Of a DNA stretch of 64,000 bases, positions 40,829-50,204 are shown piece by piece. How positions within the stretch are numbered: position 1 is the stretch's first letter; every line of letters begins with the position of its first letter. The translations under genes and the position numbers were made by a program. The notes under the pieces are model-generated. The model made no database searches and had not been told where the DNA came from. It saw only the letters and a list, made by a program, of their open reading frames with translations. Source of the stretch: a virus (Duplodnaviria; Caudoviricetes). The stretch lies in the IMG/VR virus record IMGVR_UViG_3300021399_000118, positions 56,916 to 120,915 of that record; one strand, written 5' to 3'.

Positions 40829-41354
40829 TATTCGTTGCCTCCCTGTATGCAGTTTGAAGTTGATCGTATGATTCCCGAAGCTGATCCAGATCCTGCCTGA
40901 GTTTGTAGTTTTCCCGGATCATTTCTTCCACACACTCCTTGACTTCGGCGGTGTTGAAATCCTCCGGACAGTAGGCGCAGAGACGATAGCATGGGCCTCT
41001 GTAGCTGATCAGCTTTTCCAGAAACTCATGGGGCTTCATTCTTCTCACCCTTTTTCAGACGCAGCGTCGCCACATGCTCAATCGCCTTCACCGTTTCCTT
41101 ATCCAGCACTTCGCAGGCTACAATCCACTTGAAATTCAGGTCGTCTATTTCGTTTGTGGACTTCTTGAACCACTTGATGAAGCGGCCGATGTTCTTGTCC
41201 TGGATCGACACAACTTCCTTCAGTTTTTGGATATCTCGAATGCAGTCATCCGCCGCCATCGCGACAGCAGGATCTTCCTTTTCCCAGGCTTCATTCGCCA
41301 CCTTCCGCAAAGCCTCGGCATGAGCATCGCACATCGCAAAAGCCTTATCAAACT

Positions 41355-41726
41355 TTACCATTCTTTCCAGTTCACCTCTTCCATCCTGTCCAGGATGCAA
41401 TATTCTGTTACATTCGGATGCCGCTGCAGCCAGTCCGAAACCCCGTCGATATCCGGGAGATCGTCCTTGGTTTTGTCGAGGATATGCAGGCCGCGGCGAT
41501 CCAGTTTTTTATTGAGATAGGCTCCGTCCGGAGTGCATTTGGCGTCGTCAAAATTCCAGGAGGTTTTCCATTCGCCGATTAAAACAAGACGGGCTCCGGA
41601 AGATTGGACGATTTTTTTTAAATCTTTCACACATGATTCCGCGACGCCTTTCGCCCCTGACGGGGCGACGGCGTCGGAGTCGGGGAAGTTCAAGAGGCCT
41701 TCCACTTTAAAAAAAATCACCTTCAT
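41355..41726 (-). CDS. HAD-like (RNA-repair-associated type) protein with degenerate DxD motif
   Basis: KVIFFKVEGLLN where IFLDIDGVLN is expected; WL..HP.V..YCILD. Confidence 0.55.
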   Translation of the reverse strand: MKVIFFKVEGLLNFPDSDAVAPSGAKGVAESCVKDLKKIVQSSGARLVLIGEWKTSWNFDDAKCTPDGAYLNKKLDRRGLHILDKTKDDLPDIDGVSDWLQRHPNVTEYCILDRMEEVNWKEW

Positions 41727-42187
41727 GACTTGCCCTCCACCGGAACAAACACCGCATCCTCCGGAATCTGCGGACCACGATGATCCTTCCGGTTCGAATA
41801 CAGCTGCGCTTCGCCATACTTCCGCTGCTTGATATAAGCAACCTCATCCTCCGGCATCAGCTCAAACGGCCCCGGATGATGCTTCATGTCCACATCTCCG
41901 AAGGAAGTGGCCTTAAAGTAGTCATACTTCAGGTCCTTGCAGATTTTTTTAAACTCCTCCACCGCAATCCCGGCATTCCGGGCATAGCAGTAGCGGGTTT
42001 CAGCAGGAGCCCCGTGCGCTCCCATTTCCACTTTGTAGATATACGTCATTCTCTGACCCATAACTTTCCGCCTTTCCGGAGAATCCAGTTAATCGCGCAC
42101 GCAGCCCCGAGAACCATCCCCAAAAGGAGAATCAGGAAGAGAAGATTTGAAATCTCAATATTTCCCAAAAGCCAGTTCAATAAAGAT

Positions 42188-42682
42188 TTAAACATGCAAA
42201 AGCTCCTTCTTCTTGTCCAAATAAGTAACGGCGACCGCAATGGCCGCCCATACATCCGCGCTTACTCCGTAAAAGAAGTCCGGATTTTTCTTTGTTCCCT
42301 TTCCGTTTTTCAGGTCAAACTTCGCAAATCTGTCGATCAGCGCCTGCCGGATGTTTGCATCCTTGGCTCTGGAATCTCCGCAGATATACAGCTTTTCTTC
42401 CTTTCGATAGATGTAATCCACGGAGGTATAATACTCCGCTTCCTGGGAGAAGCGGCCTATCCACTCGCAGGTTTCGAAAACTTCCCGACCTACCGCCATT
42501 CCGTAGGAGGCGACTCTTTCTATTACAACACGACCAGGCGGCTCCGGCCTTGTAAGCCAATCCACCATGTCCTGCATTACTTTTCTGTTTTCATATTTGC
42601 CAAAGTCTTTCAGTTGATAATCATCGGACATCACACAATAAGCGCTGTTCACATTGCCAGGATCCAGCACAAAGATGTTCAT
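42188..42682 (-). CDS. RuvC-like Holliday junction resolvase
   Basis: LDPG, VIERVASYG, ADVWAAIAVA acidic motifs. Confidence 0.7.
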   Translation of the reverse strand: MNIFVLDPGNVNSAYCVMSDDYQLKDFGKYENRKVMQDMVDWLTRPEPPGRVVIERVASYGMAVGREVFETCEWIGRFSQEAEYYTSVDYIYRKEEKLYICGDSRAKDANIRQALIDRFAKFDLKNGKGTKKNPDFFYGVSADVWAAIAVAVTYLDKKKELLHV

Positions 42683-43150
42683 GCTTATATGTGCAGCCTT
42701 TCTTCATATGTTCTGTTTTCAAAATGCTTTCCGCAAATCGGACAGTAATTGAACCTGGGCGGATCCTCTGTCCATCTGTATGCTTCGTTGGGCTTAAACG
42801 GATATTCCGTAGGCCTCCACAGGGCATCAAACTTCTGGCGACAGTCGCTGCATTGCCAGCAGTATCCGGTTGCAAACAGATCAAGCGTCGCCATCCGTAT
42901 CGCCTCCCGCCAGGAGGACATTCTCAAATTCCTCCATGGTTACAACAGAAGATTCCTTTTTCTCTTTCACGATCTGAAGCTTTCCTCTGCCTCTTGCAGT
43001 CAGCTCAAACTCCGGCGGCGTCAAGAGTCCTCCTGTTGTCATCTGCACATCGCAGGCAGTCAGACCGTCCAGGATGATGTGCATTCCGTCCTTGTCGTAG
43101 ATAAAGATTTTATCCGGGTTGAAACGTTCTCCCATATTAGCCTCCAATAA

Positions 43151-43183
43151 AAAAAGAGGCGGGAGACATACATCTCCCGCCCC
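43151..43183 (-). terminator. Rho-independent terminator
   Basis: GGCGGGAGA/TCTCCCGCC stem with U tract on the minus strand. Confidence 0.7.
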
Positions 43184-43498
43184 GATTTCAGATTACTGGT
43201 TCTGCTTCTCGTATTCAGCAGCGAGAAGCTGATCCAGCTCTTCTTCCGCGGAAGCTAACGCGCCCTTCGCGTCGTAAATCGCCTGTTTGTAGTTCTCGAT
43301 TTCGTCGTACAGTTCACCGATTTTCTCATTAACCATGGTTTTATCCTCCTTCAAACCGTTCGTAGGGGCGTCCAGCTTCACAGTGTCGAACTCGATCAAA
43401 TTCATCACTCCCTTTTATCGTATTTCAGGCCGGAATCGTTACAGTTGGAGGCATTTCTGTGCCAGCCTGTATCTGAACGGCGTGATCGAATCGCCGGT

Positions 43499-43906
43499 TC
43501 ATTCTTCGTCAAGCTCGTCGTCATAATACGACGAAGCTTCTTCTGTCCATTCGTCCTCTTCCTCCGGCTCCGGATCTTCCAATTCGTAGATCTTCATCCG
43601 CCGGCTTTTCTTCGTAGAGGCAACCTCATTTGATTTTTCTATCGCGGCCATCAGCCTTCCCACCGAAAGCGGCGAGGAAATAACAGAGCCGTTATCCATA
43701 AAAATAGCGGTCTTGGCTTTCGTGAGCCCAGCCGCATTAATCAGGGTCCCATTCTTTCTTTCATCCGAGATGGTTTTTCTTGCCTGATAGATATCCGTAG
43801 ACATCATGGCAACAATCCGGGTAGCGCAGATGGACACGTCGAACTGACGGTTGTCGCTGCGGTTTGCGGAAACTTTAATGAAACGTAACGGTAATGTATA
43901 GCCCAT
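43499..43906 (-). CDS. RemA/DUF370-like protein
   Basis: RIVAMMS...ERKNGTLINAAG...KTAIFMDNGSVISS resembles RemA/YlzA; acidic tail. Confidence 0.6.
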   Translation of the reverse strand: MGYTLPLRFIKVSANRSDNRQFDVSICATRIVAMMSTDIYQARKTISDERKNGTLINAAGLTKAKTAIFMDNGSVISSPLSVGRLMAAIEKSNEVASTKKSRRMKIYELEDPEPEEEDEWTEEASSYYDDELDEE

Positions 43907-43995
43907 AGTGGGATCATCTCCTTATATTCAATCGGAAGGCGGCCTTTGAACGGCCGCCTTCCGGAGTTTGGAAACGCTCCCACTATCTTACTATC

Positions 43996-44325
43996 TCAAA
44001 AATCAAATCCGTCATCGAAGAAGCCAAGTTCTCCTCCGAAGACGCCATCCACTGTTCCTCCGATACAGTCCGAATCCTTGTCGTAAATCAAGGATCCTCC
44101 GATCGGTGTTTCCACGCTGTATCCGGCTGCTTCATTATTCTTGTCGAAGTATAAGTCACCGCCGAAAACACTCTTGACAGAATACCCGGCAGGATTGTTA
44201 TCCTTATCGAAATAAAGTTCGCCGCCAAAGGCACTGTCCACAGAATATCCTACGCAGCCGTCCTTATCAAAAATCAATTTCCCTCCGAAGAGGCCGTCCA
44301 CGCTGTAATATTCTTTCATTCTCAT
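43996..44325 (-). CDS. Acidic tandem-repeat protein
   Basis: About 5 copies of YSVxxxFGGxLxFDKDxxxxG. Confidence 0.6.
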   Translation of the reverse strand: MRMKEYYSVDGLFGGKLIFDKDGCVGYSVDSAFGGELYFDKDNNPAGYSVKSVFGGDLYFDKNNEAAGYSVETPIGGSLIYDKDSDCIGGTVDGVFGGELGFFDDGFDF

Positions 44326-44353
44326 CTCTCCTTATTTCTGTTGGGAGCTGTTT

Positions 44354-44659
44354 TTAATTTAATAATTCATTCCACGGATCTTCCAGAAACTTCTTCCGAA
44401 TTCTTTCGGCCGTTCTGTCCAGTTCCAGATCCTTTGCAGAATCTTTCCGGTATAAAGGCTCACCGTCGGGCTCGTCATCCATAAAGAAGTTTTCTCCTCC
44501 GAAGGTGCTTTCGTTTGACCAGCCGATCTTCTCTCCGTCAGAGTTGTAAATCACTTCCCCGTCGATGATGCTGGGCGCAGACCAGGCTACCTTTTCTCCG
44601 TCTTCATCGTAATAATCTTTTCCGCCAAAGATGCCCGGAACAGAATAAAACCTTTTCAT
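44354..44659 (-). CDS. Related acidic repeat protein
   Basis: YSVPGIFGG / WSAPSIIDG / WSNESTFGG repeats. Confidence 0.55.
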   Translation of the reverse strand: MKRFYSVPGIFGGKDYYDEDGEKVAWSAPSIIDGEVIYNSDGEKIGWSNESTFGGENFFMDDEPDGEPLYRKDSAKDLELDRTAERIRKKFLEDPWNELLN

Positions 44660-44671
44660 TTCCTTACCTCA

Positions 44672-47600
44672 TTATTCCTGTGCCTTATTCCCTTTAATAA
44701 TTCTGTAGCTTCTGGCCCAGATATCAAATTCTCCAGGAATTGGCGTCCTGTTTCCATCCTTATAGATATATCTCGGGCTCTTATTAAACTTCAACATTTC
44801 CAGGCAATCTCCTTCTTCGAAAGGAGTAACGGCAAAGTCATCCTTTTTGAACCGGACAACACCGGAAGTCCCTCTCTGAACGGAGTAAAGATCCGCTTTG
44901 ACGCCGTATTTAGCGTCGATTGTTTTAATAAAATACAGGTTTGAAGGAGCTTTCGGATCTGTGCTCAGACAAAGTCCAACATTGAAGAACTCTGAGTTCA
45001 GCCGCTGGGTTATCGGCAATGGTTCCGGACCCAGGCTTTTCTCGTATTCCCGGCACGCTGCCAAACGCGCCTCGTAGGATTTTACTGTCTTGGTCAATTT
45101 CTGTTTTCCTTCAAAGAATTCATCATATACTTTCATCAGCTTGCCAGCCGGGCCGTAGGACGCAAAGTAGTCCAGTTCGATCAGAATCCTGATTTGTCTC
45201 GTGTCGAGGCAGGAGTTCATCTGAAGCTCGCGAAGAAGGTCTGTAAAGTTATCGAACGCCGGTACCTGTTTGGTAACAAGCTTCGGCGGCCGACCTTCAA
45301 GGATTGCCATATAGTCGTCGTCAAACTCTTCGTAGACGGTGACGGTTTTCTGTCCTATCTTGTATAGATCCTGGGCTGCTTTTCGGGACATATAGCGGAT
45401 GGAAGACAAGGACTGGCTGATTGTGCCATGTTCCTTATCCACCAGCCAATCACGGTTATCCTGCCCGAATCTCCCGGCTGTTAAGGTGATGTGTTTATAG
45501 CGTTTCATCTCTGCGATAATCGAAGAAATCTTATCCGTATTCTTCTTCTGATCGTAGAGCTTCAACATGGTAACATATAGTTCGTAGGGATAATGGACTT
45601 TCAGCCATGCGGCATAGAGAGAGTCGCAGGCCATCGAAAATGCGTGCGCGGCGCAAAACATATAGCTTGCCGCATTTTCTATAATTGTCCATACTTCTTC
45701 AACTACCTCGGAAGCCTTTTCTTCCGAAGCGTTTTCAGTTTCCTGAAGGTACTTCGTGAATCCTGTTTTAAATTTATCCTTAGCTGCAAGAACTTTGTCG
45801 ATCTTTTTCTTTTTAATCGCTTTTGTGGTCGCGTATGCTTCCGGTCCTGGGATACCAGCTGCCTTCAAGATCTGCAGAATCTGCTCATCATACAAGAGGA
45901 ACGAATCCGGAATCGCATCCGTCTTCAGAAGCTTGTCCAACGACGGGATCCCATATTCAAACGGAGTTCTTGTGATGAAAGTGTTCAGCATCGACTTGAA
46001 TCCCGGGCGGATACCCGCTATGAAGGCGGTCAACTGTTCCACGTTCTGCGGCTTATACTGCATACAACGTTCTGTTGACTTGGCTCTTTCCACCTGGTTC
46101 AGGCCCATCGTAAAGCCATTCGCGTAAAGATCCCAGACGGCTTTGTCGTTCTTGACGGCCGCAAGAAGCTCGTCGACGCTCATTACCGGCAGGCCAGCCA
46201 AAGCAAAAGCGTCTGCGATTACTTTAACTACATCTACTCTTAAGAAATCAGCCTTCAAGTAGTTGTAGCTATCTGCTGTCTTTCCGTCTATATACGCGGC
46301 ATACACTGCGTCTTTCGAGCCGGACTTGGATTTCACGCGGATTACACCGATCTCCCGGCGCAAATCTTTATCTGAAAGCAGATGGGCACAGGGATGCGGG
46401 CTGATTGACGTGACAATACCCTTATACTGTTTCGATTCTTCGATCAGCTCCAGATATTTCTCGTCCACATAGGACTCAATCTGAACATCGTCGTCCACGT
46501 CGTATTCAGGATCATCCGCGTTATTCTCCTTGGCATGTTTTACATCCAGCTCGTAGTTCTGGATCTGTTTTGCGATTACATTGGCTGTTTCGAAATCAAG
46601 TTCCCTGGCTCTCGCAAGAAGCTTGAAGGCAGATAAGGTCTTTGCCGTACCATAGGCGATCATGGGAAGGCAGCCCCATTCGCCCAGGATTTCCTTACCG
46701 GCTTTCTCAAACGCTTCTACGTTTGCCATGTTCAGATCCAGGTCCGGGAGTCCGTTGGCCAAACGATCTGCTGAGATGAATCTTTCCGGGTACATTTTCA
46801 CAGGACAATGCAGACGGTTTATAGACGAGAATCCCATAGCGAAGTTGGAAACAAAGGACGCTCCGGAGCCTCTGCCTGTCTTGGTGAGGATGCCTCCGTA
46901 TTCCTGTCCTTTCTCTACGACACGCTTCATGATTAAAGGATAGTCAGCCGTGCCAGTTGTCGTCATAGTTTCCAGTTCATGGTGGATCTCTTGCGCTTCT
47001 TCTTTTGTCGGCATTCCCGCCTTTTCAATGTATTCATTGCAGACGGTTTTCTTATAGAGAAGATTTCTCTTATCCTGCGTCATATCCGGATAGGGGTTTG
47101 GGATCTTCTTTTCGTTTGTGAAATGCACACCTTCAAAGTTCCGGAGAATCAATGTATTCTCCATCGCTTCCTCAATCTGGGCTTTATTCAGAACATTCTG
47201 GGCTTTCAGCATTTCATATGCTTCCTCAGCCGTCGGAAGATAAAGCAGGAATTCATCCTCAGTGCCGTAGGTAATCTTAGCGGAAAGCAGAAGCTCCCGA
47301 CGAAGCTCTTTCTCTTCCTTGTAGATATAGTGGCTGTCCGTTCCGTAGATCAGAGGCCATCTGTATTTCTTTGAAAGAGCAAGAACCTTTTCGTTGGTTT
47401 CTTTCTGAATCTGCTGAGGATGATGCTGGATTTCCAGATAAAAGTTTTCCCGAAAGATGTTGTGGAGATCATTCGCGAGGGACTCATATTCAGGATCCTT
47501 CATAATGCCGCCGACACAGGCTGTTGTACAGATAAAGTGCTTATAGTCCAGCCGGGAAAGAAGATCGAAATCCACCCGTGCATGATAGTAAAATCCTGTG

Positions 47601-47944
47601 AGATTCGCTTCAGAAAGGATTTCGTTTAACTGATAATATCCTTCCATGTCTTTGGCGATCAGGATCAGGTGGAAGTTTCGATTATCCTTTTCCTGGCGCT
47701 TCGGGACAAAATAAGCCTCAGCCGCAGCCAGCGGAGTCATTTTGAAGTTTTCGTCTGAATACTTCTTGGCCAGCTCAAACTGCTGCCAGACATTCGACCT
47801 GTTTCCATGCTCGGAAATACAGAGGACATGGTGTCCTCTTTCCTTATAAACCTTCGCATAATCCTGGATGGACATGGTCGAGTCCGGCTGAGTCAGGCAG
47901 TTTGAATAGGAGGTGTGGATATGATACGGTTCAAATTCAAGCAA
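44672..47944 (-). CDS. dnaE: DNA polymerase III alpha subunit (family C)
   Basis: PHP domain HIHTSYS...TDSHY, GRGSGAS, PDLDL, HPCAH, KADFL, YMFCAAHA. Confidence 0.92.
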   Translation of the reverse strand: MLEFEPYHIHTSYSNCLTQPDSTMSIQDYAKVYKERGHHVLCISEHGNRSNVWQQFELAKKYSDENFKMTPLAAAEAYFVPKRQEKDNRNFHLILIAKDMEGYYQLNEILSEANLTGFYYHARVDFDLLSRLDYKHFICTTACVGGIMKDPEYESLANDLHNIFRENFYLEIQHHPQQIQKETNEKVLALSKKYRWPLIYGTDSHYIYKEEKELRRELLLSAKITYGTEDEFLLYLPTAEEAYEMLKAQNVLNKAQIEEAMENTLILRNFEGVHFTNEKKIPNPYPDMTQDKRNLLYKKTVCNEYIEKAGMPTKEEAQEIHHELETMTTTGTADYPLIMKRVVEKGQEYGGILTKTGRGSGASFVSNFAMGFSSINRLHCPVKMYPERFISADRLANGLPDLDLNMANVEAFEKAGKEILGEWGCLPMIAYGTAKTLSAFKLLARARELDFETANVIAKQIQNYELDVKHAKENNADDPEYDVDDDVQIESYVDEKYLELIEESKQYKGIVTSISPHPCAHLLSDKDLRREIGVIRVKSKSGSKDAVYAAYIDGKTADSYNYLKADFLRVDVVKVIADAFALAGLPVMSVDELLAAVKNDKAVWDLYANGFTMGLNQVERAKSTERCMQYKPQNVEQLTAFIAGIRPGFKSMLNTFITRTPFEYGIPSLDKLLKTDAIPDSFLLYDEQILQILKAAGIPGPEAYATTKAIKKKKIDKVLAAKDKFKTGFTKYLQETENASEEKASEVVEEVWTIIENAASYMFCAAHAFSMACDSLYAAWLKVHYPYELYVTMLKLYDQKKNTDKISSIIAEMKRYKHITLTAGRFGQDNRDWLVDKEHGTISQSLSSIRYMSRKAAQDLYKIGQKTVTVYEEFDDDYMAILEGRPPKLVTKQVPAFDNFTDLLRELQMNSCLDTRQIRILIELDYFASYGPAGKLMKVYDEFFEGKQKLTKTVKSYEARLAACREYEKSLGPEPLPITQRLNSEFFNVGLCLSTDPKAPSNLYFIKTIDAKYGVKADLYSVQRGTSGVVRFKKDDFAVTPFEEGDCLEMLKFNKSPRYIYKDGNRTPIPGEFDIWARSYRIIKGNKAQE

Positions 47945-47963
47945 AGAGTGTCACCTCTTCTGC

Positions 47964-48446
47964 TTAGAAATCAAAACACGCGTTCTCTGTGCAGAAGAAG
48001 ACTCCGTCGCGGTCTTCGAAAATGTCGGCGGCAATATTCTGATAGAGCGTAGAAACATAACCGTTGGGATCGGCCAGGTTATCGTCGTAATACTGAGCGA
48101 CTTCCTTGGCGAAGCACATGTAGTCGAAAGTTCCGCCGCCTGGGGCAGGAACGCTGATCATGCGAGAGAACGCCCCGTTACCGTGGAAGGCATTGCAGAA
48201 CAGCTGGGCTGTTGTTTCTTTTTCGTTGGCAGGAATGACAACAATCTTCAGCGTGAAGCTACCGAATGTTTTCTCAGTCGGCATCAGTCGGGATAATGCG
48301 TCCGCTTTTACGGCATTTTCCACATAGATCTTGACGGTTCTCTCTTCGTCGGAATATTCAATCCGAACATCAGAATCTCTTTCAAACAGAACACGAATCT
48401 CGTTCACGAAATGAATCCACGGAGAAGTGATTTTCAGGTTTTCCAT
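47964..48446 (-). CDS. Conserved-looking hypothetical phage protein
   Basis: 160 aa, AAGGAG RBS; QYYDDNLADPNG. Confidence 0.6.
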   Translation of the reverse strand: MENLKITSPWIHFVNEIRVLFERDSDVRIEYSDEERTVKIYVENAVKADALSRLMPTEKTFGSFTLKIVVIPANEKETTAQLFCNAFHGNGAFSRMISVPAPGGGTFDYMCFAKEVAQYYDDNLADPNGYVSTLYQNIAADIFEDRDGVFFCTENACFDF

Positions 48447-48462
48447 AGTCGTTTCTCCTTCG

Positions 48463-48501
48463 AAATAAAAATAGTTCCGGTTTTTAACGAGACCGGAAAC
48501 T
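48463..48501 (-). terminator. Terminator closing the pentamer array
   Basis: AGTTTCCGGT...ACCGGAACT stem followed by ATTTTTATTT on the minus strand. Confidence 0.65.
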
Positions 48502-48552
48502 CGGGCTTAGTGGCTCTTCGCTGCTTTGCGAAACAGATCAGTACGATGCGAA

Positions 48553-49323
48553 CCTTGGCTGCCTCAACCGTCCTAACCGTGACGCGCCGTGACTCACCAT
48601 GGCTGCCAAAACACAGCAGACCCGTGCGATACATGACATACCTATGACTACCATGGCTGACAAAGCAGAACACAGCTATACATAACGGATCCAACCTTGA
48701 CTGCCTAAACGAAACTAGACTTTGCATTACACACCATAGCTGCCTAAGCGGACCTTAGCTTAACTTATCATTCCTTGCCATGACTGCCAAGACCTTACAT
48801 ACGGTTCCTTGCCTAACCTCGACTGCCTCAGCTATCCAGAACCTGACATGCCGCTCCTAGTCTTACCCCGACTGCCAGAACACAGCTATACAAACATGAC
48901 CTCGCCACGGCTGCCGCAATCTACCAAATCCTAATCCAACGAAACTCGCCCTGACTGCCGAACCAATCTGCGCCCTAACAAGCAATGCCGCACACTAACA
49001 AACCAAGGCTGCCTTAACAATGCACATCAAACGCTGACCAACCCCGGCTGCCAGACTATACCGCAACCTACCTGTACGAAGCACAACCCACCATGACTGC
49101 CGTAACGCAGCGCACCGCAACTCGACGCTCCTTAACTAGCCTTGACTGCCAAGCCACAAACACATCAATTCCTAACCAAGACTGCCTGACCGCACATCAA
49201 CAAAACATAACGTAACTTGCCTCGACTGCCAAACCATATCAAACAGCAACAGGACATAACTCACCCTGGCTGCCTAACCCGTACCAACCCTACTCTGCCC
49301 TCACTAACCGCACCAAGGCTGCC
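48553..49323 (-). repeat. Array of 18 GGCAGYC-NN-GG anchors separated by G(G/T)Y-NN pentamers; candidate guide-RNA array
   Basis: Anchor starts on + strand: 48553, 48597, 48651, 48695, 48734, 48778, 48817, 48866, 48905, 48949, 49003, 49042, 49091, 49140, 49176, 49220, 49264, 49313; 16 of 17 spacings are 39, 44, 49 or 54. Confidence 0.9.
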
Positions 49324-49381
49324 CAACCATGTTCAGGCTTTTCACCTTTCCTCGAGAGATCTTTCAGTGTCTCCTTAACTT

Positions 49382-49897
49382 TCAGGCACCCAGGAAGTCG
49401 TTCATATCGTCGATAATCTTGGCAAGTTCATCCAGCCGACGGTACTTGGCGATGAAGCACCTGGCGTCGCGCTTTGCTGCTTCAAGCAGATTCGCCCGCC
49501 AGGTTTCATCCGTTAATGCTTCCATCAACGGAACATATAAATTTTTTCTCTCGTAAGTGGATTGAAAAGCCCTGTCCTGAATTTCTTCTTCCGGGATTTC
49601 CGGCTGAACATCCAGTTTAACTTCTCTTTCCTTATTGATGTCTGATTTGACAATCACGAGATTCCGAATGACATGCTTTGCCTGCTCAACACGATACTTT
49701 TCGCCGGCAATGCTGTCATCCCATTCAAACTCGTTGTGCATCGGCGCATCTACAGGCCTGCTGACATCAACCAAACCCTGAGGTGTCAGGCCTTCCTTTG
49801 TTTCGTGAAGCTGCTGGCACACAGCACCGGCAACTTCAGCTGAAACCTTATTGATGCCCTTTACTTTATAGTGATATTCATATGCTTGTGCTGACAT
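49382..49897 (-). CDS. Accessory protein directly upstream of the array
   Basis: LTPQGLVDVSRP..APMHNEFEWDDSIAGEKYRVEQA motif; function unknown. Confidence 0.65.
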   Translation of the reverse strand: MSAQAYEYHYKVKGINKVSAEVAGAVCQQLHETKEGLTPQGLVDVSRPVDAPMHNEFEWDDSIAGEKYRVEQAKHVIRNLVIVKSDINKEREVKLDVQPEIPEEEIQDRAFQSTYERKNLYVPLMEALTDETWRANLLEAAKRDARCFIAKYRRLDELAKIIDDMNDFLGA

Positions 49898-49919
49898 GCT
49901 TGTCTCCTCGCATTGCGTA

Positions 49920-50201
49920 TCAGATTGTCACTGTTTTAGTTTGATATAATATGTTATCAATTTCAACACCTAGAACTTTTCCTTCAACTCTTGACGCAAG
50001 ATCTTTAAAAGCATCTTCTATTGTTTTCCCATGGCCGGAAACTTGCTCCAAGTCTTCATCGTTGACAATCCAGACGCTTTGAAAATCAACAACGAAATCA
50101 TTGTTTATATTTTTAATAATCTCGAAATATGGTTTTTCTTTATGCGGCAGTCCCTCAAATTCCAGCGTTAAAAGCTTGGTAGCAATTTTGTTAATATCCA
50201 T
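49920..50201 (-). CDS. Hypothetical AT-rich protein
   Basis: 93 aa; GHGKTIEDAF resembles a HicB-like N-terminal motif. Confidence 0.5.
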   Translation of the reverse strand: MDINKIATKLLTLEFEGLPHKEKPYFEIIKNINNDFVVDFQSVWIVNDEDLEQVSGHGKTIEDAFKDLASRVEGKVLGVEIDNILYQTKTVTI

Positions 50202-50204
50202 ATC

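Noticed and set aside
48434-48727. 97-aa minus-strand ORF (and + strand ORF 48411..48647) over the array
   Set aside because: They run through the period-5 repeats and the terminator and have no convincing RBS; treated as shadow ORFs.
48553-49323. Canonical CRISPR array
   Set aside because: The constant part is only about 7-11 nt, the 'spacers' have internal 5-nt periodicity, and there is no cas1 or cas2 in the window.
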